A DNA stretch of 32,000 nucleotides from Bacillus subtilis subsp. subtilis str. 168 (GTDB lineage: Bacteria; Bacillota; Bacilli; Bacillales; Bacillaceae), in the NCBI RefSeq assembly GCF_000009045.1, contig NC_000964.3, positions 2,940,001 to 2,972,000 of the forward strand. The letters are read 5' to 3'. The notes under the pieces were generated by a model, which saw only the letters and a program-made list of their open reading frames with translations, was not told the origin of the DNA and did no database searches. Numbering within the stretch: the stretch's first letter is position 1; the number at the start of each line of letters is the position of its first letter. The position numbers and the translations under genes are program-made. Positions 18,303-28,117 of the stretch are shown here, piece by piece.

Positions 18303-18433
18303 TGTTTTCGTTTTGCGGCTGACTGTTTTTTTAAAATCGTCTGAAAACATATTTCACAAGGCTTTTATCTATTGTAAAATAAAACATGAGCCTTTTGGCA
18401 GAAAGATTTGAATCTGAAGCAGAGGAGAAGATC

Positions 18434-19216
18434 ATGAAAGCCGTATTTTTTGATTTAGATGATACACTACTTTGGGACGAAAAAAGCGTCAGAACAACAT
18501 TTGCAGAAACTTGCTTACAGGCGGAGAAAAAATATGGCCTTGCCCCTGAGGAATTCGAAGCAGCTGTTCGCGAAGCGGCGAGAGAATTGTACATGTCATA
18601 TGAGACGTATCCATATACAGTGATGATCGGCATTAACCCGTTTGAAGGACTGTGGTCCAATTTCTCAGAGCCAATCAGTGAAGGCTTTCAAAAGCTGAAC
18701 AAGATTGTGCCGGAGTACAGAAGAAATGCATGGACCAACGGACTGAAAGCGCTTGGGATCGATGATCCTGCATATGGCGAATACTTGGGAGAGTTTTTTG
18801 CGGCAGAGCGCAGAAAGCGCCCGTTTGTATATGATGAAACTTTTGCTGTACTCGATCAATTAAAAGGCAAGTATGAATTATTGCTTTTGACAAATGGCGA
18901 TCCTAGTCTGCAAAAGGAGAAGCTTGCCGGCGTGCCTGAGCTCGCTCCTTACTTCAATGAAATCGTCATCTCGGGCGCATTCGGCAAGGGCAAGCCGGAT
19001 GTTTCAATTTTTGAACACTGCCTTAAGCTGATGAATATTGAAAAAGACGATGCCATCATGGTCGGCGATAATTTGAATACTGATATTTTAGGCGCTTCAA
19101 GAGCCGGAATCAAAACCGTTTGGATCAACCGGACTGATAAGAAAAACGAAACTGACGTAAAGCCTGATTACATCATCAGCAGCCTTCATGATTTGTTTCC
19201 TATATTAGAGAAATAA
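18434..19216 (+). CDS. ysaA: HAD-superfamily phosphatase YsaA
   Basis: The ORF track gives 276 aa. I chose the ATG at 18434 ([12 protein letters not shown]..., 260 aa) because GAGGAG lies 5 nt upstream. The DxD motif is at the N-terminus. Confidence 0.88.
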
Positions 19217-19254
19217 AAAAAGCATGATCTCTTCAATGAGATCATGCTTTTTTA
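19215..19254. terminator. Bidirectional terminator between ysaA (+) and thrS (-)
   Basis: A6, stem GCATGATCTC, 6-nt loop, GAGATCATGC, then T6. The palindromic stem is perfect. Confidence 0.92.
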
Positions 19255-19256
19255 TT

Positions 19257-21188
19257 TTATTTTTTCGCTTCAGCTACTGCCTTTTTCACAAACTCATCAA
19301 GTGAAATGGTTTCAGAGTTCTGTTCTCCGTATTTACGCACGTTTACCGCTCCGTTTTCTGCTTCTTGGTCACCGACCACCAGCATGTACGGGATTTTTTG
19401 CATTTGCGCTTCACGGATTTTGTAGCCGATTTTTTCATCGCGGCTGTCGACTTCAACACGCAGGCCTTCACATTGCAGGCGTTCCTGCACTTTTTTCGCG
19501 TAGTCTAAATGCACAGCCGGAGAAACCGGGATGACTTGGAACTGAACCGGTGCAAGCCATGTCGGCAGCGCGCCTTTGTGTTCTTCGATTAAGAAAGCAA
19601 CAAAGCGTTCCATTGTTGAAACGACACCTCTGTGAATGACAACCGGACGGTGCTGCTTGCCGTCCTCACCGATGTATGTCAGGTCGAAACGTTCCGGCAA
19701 TAAGAAATCAAGCTGAACCGTAGACAGTGTTTCTTCTTTTCCGATCGCAGTTTTCACCTGAACATCAAGTTTAGGTCCGTAGAATGCCGCTTCACCTTCT
19801 GCTTCGTAATAGTCGTGGCCGATTTCATCCATTGCCTCTTTCAGCATGGATTGCGCTTTGTTCCACATTTCATCGTCATCAAAATATTTCTCTGTATCTT
19901 CCGGATCGCGGTAAGACAGACGGAATGTGTAATCACTTAAACCGAAGTCTTCATAAACATCCTGGATTAAACGGACTGTACGGATAAACTCATCCTTAAT
20001 TTGATCCGGGCGCACAAAGATGTGTGCATCATTTAACGTCATTCCGCGTACCCGTTGAAGTCCTGACAGCGCACCTGACATTTCATAGCGGTGCATCGTT
20101 CCAAGCTCTGCAATACGAATCGGAAGCTCGCGGTAACTGTGAATGTCTTGTTTGTAAATCATCATATGGTGCGGACAGTTCATCGGACGCAATACAAGTG
20201 TTTCATTGTCCATTTCCATCGGAGGGAACATGCCTTCCTGATAATGATCCCAGTGTCCTGATGTTTCATACAGCTCTTTGCTGCCTAGCACAGGTGTGTA
20301 TACGTGCTCATAGCCGAGGCTGATTTCTTTATCGACAATGTAGCGCTCGATGACGCGGCGGATTGTTGCGCCTTTTGGCAGCCAAAGCGGCAGGCCTTGT
20401 CCGACTTTTTGAGAGTTCGCGAACAGCTTTAATTCTTTGCCAAGCTTTCTGTGGTCGCGTTCTTTCGCTTCTTCTAGCATACGAAGATGCTCTTCAAGAT
20501 CAGCTTTTTTGAAGAAAGCTGTACCATATACGCGCTGAAGCATTTGGTTTTTGCTGTCACCGCGCCAGTATGCGCCTGCAAGGCTTAACAGCTTAAATTC
20601 TTTGATTTTTCCGGTTGAAGGAACATGGACGCCGCGGCACAGGTCAAAGAATTCGCCTTGCTCATAGATCGAAACGGTTTCTCCTTCAGGAATCGCATCC
20701 AATAGTTCAAGCTTCAGGTCGTCGCCGATTTCCGCAAAACGGGCTTTCGCTTCTTCACGGCTGACTTCTTTTCGAACGATCGGAAGGTTCGCATTAACGA
20801 TTTTTTTCATTTCTTTCTCGATTTTCGGCAGATCCTCCGGTGTAATCGCTTCGTCCATTTCTACATCGTAGTAAAAACCGTTTTCGATAACCGGACCGAC
20901 GCCGAATTTAACATCCTTGTAGATGCGTTTAATCGCTTGAGCCAGCAAGTGAGCCGCACTGTGGCGCATAATTTGAAGACCTTCTTCTGAGCCTTCTGTA
21001 ATGATTTCCACTGTACCGTCTTCATTGATCGGCGTTCTCAAATCGATTTCTTTTCCGTTCAGTTTTCCGGCTAATGACTTTTTCTTTAATCCCGGACTGA
21101 TGGATGCCGCGATATCTTCTGTTGTTGTTCCTTTCGCAAACTCCTTGACTGCTCCATCAGGAAATGTGATTTTTACCATATCTGACAT
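19257..21188 (-). CDS. thrS: Threonyl-tRNA synthetase ThrS
   Basis: The ORF track gives 646 aa. I chose the ATG at 21186-21188 ([12 protein letters not shown]..., 643 aa) with AAAGGAGTGA SD. TGS, editing and class II catalytic domains are recognisable. Confidence 0.96.
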
Positions 21189-21492
21189 CTTTGTCACTCC
21201 TTTTTTTGCATATAAAAACCCCGCCCCCTATGAAAGGGACGAGGTTGAATAAACGGAATCGTGGTTCCACCCTTTTTTCCGCAAAGCCAATACACGGCAC
21301 CTGCGGCTCTAAGCTCTGTAACGGGAGTTCCCGTCAGCCATTACTGTTCCTTTTCAAGAGGTTCACAGCTGAAGTTCAAAGGCGGTAAAGCGAATGGTCC
21401 TTAGCTGGGAAGCTTGCAGCCAGGGCTTCCCTCTCTTTGAGCCGGTATCATTCCTTCGTGTCCTTATCAATACGTGTGTCTTTCTTAATCTC
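21189..21492 (-). promoter_or_regulatory. T-box leader (tRNA-Thr responsive riboswitch) of thrS
   Basis: The minus strand shows an AGAGA box and a specifier region AAGGACCATTCG with the ACC codon at 21396-21398. It also shows an F-box-like CCGTTAC and the T-box sequence AAAAGGGTGGAACCACG (about 21259-21277). A terminator follows at 21213-21244. Confidence 0.9.
21213..21244 (-). terminator. T-box leader terminator
   Basis: On the minus strand: CCTCGTCCC, a loop, GGGGGCGGGG, then TTTTTAT. Its 5' arm can alternatively pair with the T-box to form the antiterminator. Confidence 0.85.
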
Positions 21493-21498
21493 CTATGT

Positions 21499-21527
21499 AT
21501 TATAAATTGTTCAATCCAAAAAATCAA
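21499..21527 (-). promoter_or_regulatory. Sigma-A promoter of thrS
   Basis: On the minus strand: TTGATT (21522-21527), a 17-nt spacer, then TATAAT (21499-21504). Confidence 0.8.
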
Positions 21528-21544
21528 CACGATCGCGTTTCCTT

Positions 21545-21582
21545 TTTTTTAAACCGACAGCCTTAAATAGACAGGCTGCCGG
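21545..21582 (-). terminator. Weak terminator-like hairpin downstream of ytxC
   Basis: On the minus strand: CCGGCAGCC, a loop, GGCTGTCGG, followed only by TTT and then an A-run. It is probably leaky. Confidence 0.45.
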
Positions 21583-21585
21583 CCC

Positions 21586-22431
21586 TCATCCTTCCGAGTG
21601 CTTCACCGGTATTTCTGCATCTGTAAAAGCATGCAGCGGGAGCATTTCCACTCTCTCTTGAAATACGTTTTGAATGGTCCTTGCCATCATGTGCTCGGGC
21701 TGGTCGGTATAAAGCACGACTTCATCAGGCGCAATGGAAATCAGCGGCGCGAGCAAATGAGAATCAATATACATAGGATGATCCCGGACAAATCTTCTGT
21801 CTATGTATTTCATTTTTTCCCGTTCCGGCACATAGCGCAGCTCCCATAATGTAAAGGAACCATCATGGACAATATGCACTTTTTTGATTCGCGGCTGTTT
21901 GGCGTCCACATAGTCTCTGAGTGTTTGAATAAAGTTTTGATATTCCTGTTCCATCTTATATTCATCAATCGCTGCTTCTGTAATATCTCTCAGCTGCTTA
22001 TAGTATGATCCAAGTCGGAAGGTCTGAAAGGAGCGAATGTAAAATACTCCTTCCTCTAAACAGATCGTTTGGAGTTCATCCAAAATTGATTGTTTCCGTG
22101 AAAGCTTCAGCGGCTCAAACGGAAGATCGTCTGCTTCACCTTCAATAATACTGTGTGCGAGCTGAAGGATTTGCTGCTGTTCATCCTGGTCCGTGAAACA
22201 ATACGTTTCCTCAATCAATGACAGCATATGCTCGTCTTCTTTGCATTCCAAAAAAAATTTGACCAGAATCGGCTCCATAAAACGCTGAATAGGAAAAGCC
22301 GGATTCGCTTTTTCAATCCCGATTTTTCGTATGCCTTCACGGACAATGATATTGTTCCGATCGTCCGAATGCTGAATGAGATGTAAAAAAGCGGCTGCAT
22401 CATGGTCATCTTCAAAGATTATTTCAAGCAT
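21586..22431 (-). CDS. ytxC: YtxC-family protein, function unknown (sporulation-associated family)
   Basis: 281-aa ORF with AAGGGGGG SD. Recognised as YtxC. Confidence 0.88.
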   Translation of the reverse strand: MLEIIFEDDHDAAAFLHLIQHSDDRNNIIVREGIRKIGIEKANPAFPIQRFMEPILVKFFLECKEDEHMLSLIEETYCFTDQDEQQQILQLAHSIIEGEADDLPFEPLKLSRKQSILDELQTICLEEGVFYIRSFQTFRLGSYYKQLRDITEAAIDEYKMEQEYQNFIQTLRDYVDAKQPRIKKVHIVHDGSFTLWELRYVPEREKMKYIDRRFVRDHPMYIDSHLLAPLISIAPDEVVLYTDQPEHMMARTIQNVFQERVEMLPLHAFTDAEIPVKHSEG

Positions 22432-22509
22432 GTTTGTCCCCCCTTACGGCATCTGTTACAAGTATATGGGGGATGTTTTTAAAATAGACGTAAAGGTCAT
22501 TGGCAAATC

Positions 22510-23151
22510 TTAATTTGATTCTTGGAACAAGTTTTGCATTTTCTTTCTGAAGATGAACGGCAATGAGATAAACACGATATACAAAGCGAGCACCATAAAG
22601 AAAGCGGGCAGATTGCCAGCCAAAAAGCTCGCACCCAGCACATTAAGCGCAATCGTCCCAGGGATGATTCCCACAGCCGTTGCGGCAAAATACGGCAGCG
22701 CTTTGACATTGGAAAGGCCTGCCGCATAGCTGACGAAATCAAAATTGATCGGCAGGATTCTCAAAAGAAAGATATAGAAAAATCCGTTATCCTCCATTTG
22801 CTTCTGTATGGCTTCAAGCCTTTCGTAATGCCCGTTCTTTTTCGCCGAAAACAAACCAGCCGCAAAAAACGAAACAGCTGAAGCGCACATCGAACCGAAT
22901 AACGTATAAAGCGTGCCGAGAAGCGGGCCAAACGCAAGTCCGCCAGCTATTGAAATAACAGACACCGGAAATAAAACAAGTGGCCTGACGATGGATATCC
23001 CGATAAACATCAGAGGTGCAAAGACTCCGAACGACAATACCCATACCCTGATTTCTTTCGGCGATACATTCAAATACGTTTTATTTCCCCAATAGAGTAA
23101 ACCAGCACCTGCAAGCACTGCCAGCCATTTGACAGCCGTTTTTCGTTTCAT
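22510..23151 (-). CDS. ytxB: DedA / TVP38-TMEM64 family membrane protein YtxB
   Basis: The ORF track gives 224 aa from a non-ATG start that abuts the dnaI stop. I chose the ATG at 23149-23151 (MKRKTAVKW..., 213 aa). The product is a polytopic membrane protein. Confidence 0.85.
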   Translation of the reverse strand: MKRKTAVKWLAVLAGAGLLYWGNKTYLNVSPKEIRVWVLSFGVFAPLMFIGISIVRPLVLFPVSVISIAGGLAFGPLLGTLYTLFGSMCASAVSFFAAGLFSAKKNGHYERLEAIQKQMEDNGFFYIFLLRILPINFDFVSYAAGLSNVKALPYFAATAVGIIPGTIALNVLGASFLAGNLPAFFMVLALYIVFISLPFIFRKKMQNLFQESN

Positions 23152-23184
23152 ACCCTCAGTTCCTTCCCCTTTGAACCACAGCAA

Positions 23185-24120
23185 TTATGGATGTCGGCGG
23201 TTTTCTCCGTCAAGGCGGATCGGAGCAGCCAAATATAATATCCGCTCCATTAATCTTGCAGCTTTTACTTCTTCTTTTTCTCCCCTCTGCGAATACGTAA
23301 AATGATGCTTCAGCTCGTCAGGTGAGAAATTAGAAGAAAAGAACGTTGGCAGCTGCTGGGACATTCTGTGCTGAAGCACCGTTCCGATGACCTCATCCCT
23401 TACCCAGCTTGTCATTGATTCTGCTCCGATGTCATCAAGCATTAATACGGGTGTGGTCTTTACCATATTGAGCTTCTCTTCCAATGTCTGGTCTTGCAGC
23501 GAATTCTTAAGCTCTCTCACAAATTCAGGCACATAAACAATCATGGAGGAATACTCTTTTTCCGCCAGCTCATTGGCAATTGCAGCGAGCATAAACGTTT
23601 TTCCTACCCCAAATTTCCCGTATAAATATAATCCTTTCCCTTTTCCCGTCTCATTATAGCTTTTCAGGAAGTCTGTAACATGCTGAAACATCGCGAGTCT
23701 GCTTGGGTCACTGATATCAACTTGCTGGAACGTCGCTCCAAGAAGATCCTGCTGGATATACATGCTTTTCATAAGAGACTGTTGTTTCTTCTGCTGGTCG
23801 AGCTTCCGTTTGACTGGACATTCGTAATACTCGATATCAATAGACCTCCCATTGACAACAAGCTTCGGATGGTAGCCCTCCAACAAATTGTTGCAGTTTT
23901 CATCTTCCGAACAATAGGAGCAATTCTTGCTTTGTTCGATATATTCATAAAGCTTATTTAAGCTCTTTTCGATCATTTTTTGGTCAATCACTTCTTCGTT
24001 TTCCTTCAAAAATGCTTGAACATCTTGATCTTTCATGACTTTTTCCTTCATTTGTTCAAGACGTTTTTGGAAATCCGGCCTGCCGGTTACGCCCTGCAGG
24101 GAACGGCCGATTGGTTCCAT
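23185..24120 (-). CDS. dnaI: Replicative helicase loader DnaI (AAA+)
   Basis: 311-aa ORF with an N-terminal Cys-rich zinc module (CSYCSEDENC...CP) and Walker A GKFGVGKT. Confidence 0.95.
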   Translation of the reverse strand: MEPIGRSLQGVTGRPDFQKRLEQMKEKVMKDQDVQAFLKENEEVIDQKMIEKSLNKLYEYIEQSKNCSYCSEDENCNNLLEGYHPKLVVNGRSIDIEYYECPVKRKLDQQKKQQSLMKSMYIQQDLLGATFQQVDISDPSRLAMFQHVTDFLKSYNETGKGKGLYLYGKFGVGKTFMLAAIANELAEKEYSSMIVYVPEFVRELKNSLQDQTLEEKLNMVKTTPVLMLDDIGAESMTSWVRDEVIGTVLQHRMSQQLPTFFSSNFSPDELKHHFTYSQRGEKEEVKAARLMERILYLAAPIRLDGENRRHP

Positions 24121-24147
24121 CTATTCCTTCACCCCGCATCTCTGTCT

Positions 24148-25566
24148 TTAATAGGCAGAGTATTTTTTCAGTTTTTGCATTTCTTCCATCATCTTTTTCT
24201 TCTGTTCTTCCAAATCCTGCGGATGCAGCTTCTGCTGTCCGGATTCTGAATCGGACGCTGTTTCCTTTTCTGTCATCCAATCAGGAAGCTTTTCTTCACG
24301 AATCACTTTTTGGTTTCGTTTCGAAGACTTTGTTTTTCCCTCAGCCCATTCAAGATACTGGCGGTTTTCTTCTATTGCGAGCTTCATCGCTTCCCTGACC
24401 GTTTTCACCTTTTTGCGTGCCCAATGCGAAGCGATTTTTTGGATATAGTTTTTCGACAGCTTCATGTCGGTTTTCAGCATGACATAATAAATTAACACAT
24501 TTGTGACGCCTGGCTCGAGCTTCTGTTCGAACATAATTTCTTCTATGATCTTCAGATCAGCTTTTGACGGCTCTGTTCCGTCAGCAATGTCCTGCAGAAG
24601 CTTCTTCGGGGAAATCGCCTCCAGCAATGCAATCAGCTTCCCATCCAGAGAATCCTCTTCTGCCGGTTGTTCGCCTTCACGCAGATGCACCGGCTGTGTT
24701 TTTTCCACCAAATCGGGCAGCTGTCCGTTTCTTTCAATTTGATACCAGTCGCTCGCCGCTTTTCTTAATGCCTCCGTCGTAATGACGTCACGCTCATCAA
24801 TTGCGCTCATCACAACATTTTGCATTTGCAAAGGGTCAATTCCGTACAGATAAGAAAGCTTTTTGATTGTGTCCCGCACCTGCTGGGTCATCGCTTTTCT
24901 CGGTATCATCGTCTCAGAAAGTCCCGCTAAAAACAAATCAAAATCAAACACATCCTCCGTTATGGTGTAGGACGGAGACTGTCCGACAGAAGTATACTCG
25001 GACCCCTCGGCAAGCCTTACCGTTTCCTCCATATCGGATGTGAGCTTCCATTCACTCGGCTGCAGCGATTCAAACGCATGATTAAACGGACGCGTAATGT
25101 CCTTCGCATCTTCTGAAATGGCCGGGTGCGTAAAAAATTGTTTTAATTGCTGATATTTCGTTTTTCCGACCCTATTATACAGAAAAACATTCAGCATTCC
25201 GTCTTCAAAAAATTCATTTGGTCTGAGCGGCGGAAGGAGTTCATATATAAAGAGGCGCTCCTGCCGCTCGGATTCTTTCATATATACTTTCAGCAATCCG
25301 ATGCCCTCGAGCTTCCCCTGTTCCTGATGGATCGTTTTTAAGTTGGACTGTGTCATCCCCATCAGCTGTCTATGTGTGGACTCTCCGCCCCACAGACGGT
25401 TTTGTTCAAGCTCTCCCCACAATGTCATATAAAGAGAGAATGCAACAGGGCCGATTAAGGGCTGGTACAGTTGTGTAATAATTTGTCTGTCAATATCCTG
25501 CAGCATCGATCTGCTTTTAACCACATACGGGTCTACAGGCAGTACATCTTTCCAATAGTCAGCCAT
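24148..25566 (-). CDS. dnaB: Replication initiation and membrane attachment protein DnaB (Bacillus-type, not the helicase)
   Basis: 472-aa ORF. Recognised as B. subtilis DnaB, a helicase co-loader with DnaD-like domains. Confidence 0.93.
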   Translation of the reverse strand: MADYWKDVLPVDPYVVKSRSMLQDIDRQIITQLYQPLIGPVAFSLYMTLWGELEQNRLWGGESTHRQLMGMTQSNLKTIHQEQGKLEGIGLLKVYMKESERQERLFIYELLPPLRPNEFFEDGMLNVFLYNRVGKTKYQQLKQFFTHPAISEDAKDITRPFNHAFESLQPSEWKLTSDMEETVRLAEGSEYTSVGQSPSYTITEDVFDFDLFLAGLSETMIPRKAMTQQVRDTIKKLSYLYGIDPLQMQNVVMSAIDERDVITTEALRKAASDWYQIERNGQLPDLVEKTQPVHLREGEQPAEEDSLDGKLIALLEAISPKKLLQDIADGTEPSKADLKIIEEIMFEQKLEPGVTNVLIYYVMLKTDMKLSKNYIQKIASHWARKKVKTVREAMKLAIEENRQYLEWAEGKTKSSKRNQKVIREEKLPDWMTEKETASDSESGQQKLHPQDLEEQKKKMMEEMQKLKKYSAY

Positions 25567-25646
25567 ACATTCTCAAACCTTCCGAATTTGTTTCTACCTT
25601 TCATTTTACACCGTTTCTTATATCTATCAAATGCCAATTTTGCACA

Positions 25647-25680
25647 TGAGAAAAGAGCTAGAAGAATCCTCTTAGCTCTT
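25647..25680 (-). terminator. Hairpin directly after the nrdR stop (candidate partial terminator)
   Basis: On the minus strand: AGAGCTA, internal pairing, TAGCTCT, then TTTCTC. The U-tract is short, so read-through into dnaB is likely. Confidence 0.4.
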
Positions 25681-26139
25681 TTAACGCTCTTTCTTTATTA
25701 AGTCTTTTAATTCATCGATAAAGACGTTTATATCTTTAAACTGCCGATAGACGGACGCGAACCGCACATATGCGACTTCGTCAATCTTAGCCAGCCGGTC
25801 CATGACCATTTCTCCGACGAGCTCACTCTTCACCTCGGAGCAGCCTTGATTGCGAAGTTCTTTTTCAATATCAAAGCACATGTCTTCAAGCGTTTTGAGT
25901 GAAACAGGCCTTTTTTCACATGCTTTTATGAGGCCGCGCAGCATTTTTTCTCTGCTGAATTCCTCACGCACACCTTCTTTTTTCACAACGATGAGCGGGG
26001 TTTCCTCCACTTTCTCAAAGGTCGTAAACCGGTAGTGGCAGGATTCGCACTCGCGTCTTCGGCGAATCGACTTTCCGTCATCCACAGGCCGTGAATCAAG
26101 GACTCGTGTTCCGTTATGCTGGCATGAAGGACATTTCAA
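25681..26139 (-). CDS. nrdR: Transcriptional repressor of ribonucleotide reductase genes NrdR
   Basis: 152-aa ORF with a zinc ribbon (CPSC...CESC) and an ATP-cone. The start codon is TTG (26137-26139), preceded by GGGAG. Confidence 0.93.
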
Positions 26140-26336
26140 TAAAATCAGCTCCCAACTATATCGTTCCCTGCAATGTATTTTCGGCAGCCTCCGCCTTTTA
26201 AAAATAGATGTGACAGCATCTGTCGGGAGAGCCGTTGTTAAATTTGTTTCTATAGCATTAGGTGGTTTGTGAAAATCTCCTTCTTATTTTACAAAAAAAA
26301 TGAAAAAAGAAAAAGCTGACACTCTCGTTTCTTTAT

Positions 26337-26392
26337 AAAAATAAAAGGAGCATAAGCTAAAAAGCGCATAATGGCTTTCTAGCTTCAGCTCC
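26337..26392 (-). terminator. Intrinsic terminator downstream of speD
   Basis: A long interrupted stem (GGAGCTGAAGCTA ... TAGCTTATGCTCC, with inner AAAGC/GCTTT pairing) is followed by TTTTATTTT on the minus strand. Confidence 0.8.
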
Positions 26393-26412
26393 CTTTGTGT
26401 TCGCAATTTACT

Positions 26413-26793
26413 TTATAGTACTTTCGCTTGCGCCTGTTTAATTTGCACAGGCCCCATTCCTCTTGGTATTTCAATGTTTTCTCTTGTATCAGCATGTAAT
26501 GCCTCTGCAATGTAATCAGCAGCGACATTAGGATCTAAGTCTCCACAAGTATAAACATCAATGCTCGCATATCCGTGCTCAGGAAAACTGTGAATCGTTA
26601 AGTGTGATTCAGAAATAATCACAACTCCGCTTACGCCTTGCGGTGCAAATTTGTGAAATGCAACCTCGCGCACCTCAGCACCTGATTTTAGAGCAGCATT
26701 TACAAACGTTTTTTCAATAAAATCCATGTCATTCAGCTTATCAAAATCGCATCCCCATAGCTCGGAGATAACGTGACGCCCCATTGTTTCCAT
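26413..26793 (-). CDS. speD: S-adenosylmethionine decarboxylase proenzyme (pyruvoyl-dependent, SpeH/SpeD type)
   Basis: The ORF track gives 128 aa. The ATG at 26791-26793 ([15 protein letters not shown]..., 126 aa) has better SD spacing (GGGGGG 9 nt upstream). The self-cleavage motif ISES-HL is present. Confidence 0.9.
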
Positions 26794-26938
26794 AGTCATG
26801 GACCCCCCTTAACAAGAATTAAAAAGTGAAATTCCAACAACTGGGTCGGCCATTTACCACGGGGGAAAGTTAGTCCGGAGAGGTCCTAACCCTTTAAGTA
26901 ATTCCGAAACAGTCTCAAGCAAGAAGTTCACGAAAAAT

Positions 26939-26967
26939 AGTATACTGTGTTTAAGTCTAATTTGCAA
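26939..26967 (-). promoter_or_regulatory. Candidate sigma-A promoter for speD
   Basis: On the minus strand: TTGCAA (26962-26967), a 17-nt spacer, then TATACT (26939-26944). This implies a 5' UTR of about 135-140 nt. Confidence 0.6.
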
Positions 26968-27031
26968 GGTGCGTTTTTTCAGAAATATGCTGTTAAGGGT
27001 TTTTTCTTTAAAATGTGTCCATGACCTTATT

Positions 27032-28054
27032 TTATACAGCAGACGGATGTTTCATTCGTGCCGCTACATGGCGGATTAGATCAACAACTCTGCAGGAGTA
27101 GCCCCATTCGTTGTCATACCACGCCAGCACCTTTACTTTCCTGTCTTCCATTACCATTGTTGTAAGCCCGTCAATGACCGCTGAATGCGGATTCGTATTA
27201 TAATCAGTCGAAACGAGCGGTTCATCTGAGTAATCAAGTACACCGTACATCGACGTTTTGGCAGCGCGTTTAAATGCCTCGTTTACTTCTTCAGCCGTAA
27301 CATCCGTTTTCAGATCAACAACGAGATCAACCAATGAGACGTTCGGAACAGGGACACGCAAGGCGAGGCCGTGAAGTTTTCCTTTCAGATGCGGCAGCAC
27401 AAGCGAAAGCGCCTTTGCCGCTCCTGTTGTTGTTGGAATGATGGATTCACCGCAAGCCCGCGCCCGGCGCAAATCTTTGTGCGGGTTATCAATATTTTTT
27501 TGGTCATTCGTATACGCATGAACTGTAGTCATCAGACCGCTCTCAATGCCAAACTCTTCATCCAGCACTTTTACAACAGGCGCAAGGCAATTTGTCGTGC
27601 ATGACGCATTTGAAATAATGACATGGCGCTCAGCGTCGAATTGGTCCTCATTTACGCCCATCACAATGGTAACGTCTTCATTTTTTCCCGGAGCGGTCAA
27701 AATCACTTTTTTTGCACCTGCTTCTATATGGCCCATCGCTTTATCTTTAGCATTAAACTTCCCTGTTGCTTCGACGACTATGTCAATATCATATTCCCGC
27801 CAAGGCAGCTGTTTTGGATCACGGCTGTTTAACAAAAGCACTTTCTTTCCATTTACGATCAGGCTATCTTCACCAGCCACAACCTCTTTGTCGTATCTGC
27901 CGTGAATTGTGTCATACTTTATTAAATGAGCCAGCGTTTCTGCGGAATAGCTGGCGTTAATGGCCACTACTTGAATTTGATCGTCTAACATCGCTTTTCT
28001 AAAAACCATTCTTCCGATTCTTCCAAACCCGTTGATCGCTACTTTTACCTTCAT
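27032..28054 (-). CDS. gapB: Gluconeogenic NADP-dependent glyceraldehyde-3-phosphate dehydrogenase GapB
   Basis: The ORF track gives 343 aa. I chose the ATG at 28052-28054 (MKVKVAINGFGRIGR..., 340 aa) with AAGGGGTG SD. The catalytic motif SNASCTTNC is present. Confidence 0.95.
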   Translation of the reverse strand: MKVKVAINGFGRIGRMVFRKAMLDDQIQVVAINASYSAETLAHLIKYDTIHGRYDKEVVAGEDSLIVNGKKVLLLNSRDPKQLPWREYDIDIVVEATGKFNAKDKAMGHIEAGAKKVILTAPGKNEDVTIVMGVNEDQFDAERHVIISNASCTTNCLAPVVKVLDEEFGIESGLMTTVHAYTNDQKNIDNPHKDLRRARACGESIIPTTTGAAKALSLVLPHLKGKLHGLALRVPVPNVSLVDLVVDLKTDVTAEEVNEAFKRAAKTSMYGVLDYSDEPLVSTDYNTNPHSAVIDGLTTMVMEDRKVKVLAWYDNEWGYSCRVVDLIRHVAARMKHPSAV

Positions 28055-28106
28055 GTTGGACACCCCTTATCAATTATGCCATCCTAATTTGTTACTATCT
28101 AAAATT

Positions 28107-28117
28107 AGTATAACACA
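28107..28117 (-). promoter_or_regulatory. gapB extended -10 element overlapping a CcpN-type operator motif
   Basis: The minus strand reads TGTGTTATACT. That is TGn + TATACT, and it also matches the CcpN motif TRTGHYATAYW as I recall it. Confidence 0.55.

Noticed and set aside
17317-18660. Plus-strand ORFs inside lytS, and minus-strand ORF 18331-18660 opposite the ysaA 5' end
   Set aside because: They are shadow ORFs without ribosome-binding sites. lytS and ysaA have clear family motifs in their own frames.
24148-25566. dnaB as the replicative helicase
   Set aside because: The protein lacks RecA-type helicase Walker motifs and matches the Bacillus DnaB co-loader and membrane-attachment protein. 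The helicase in this organism is DnaC, which is encoded elsewhere.
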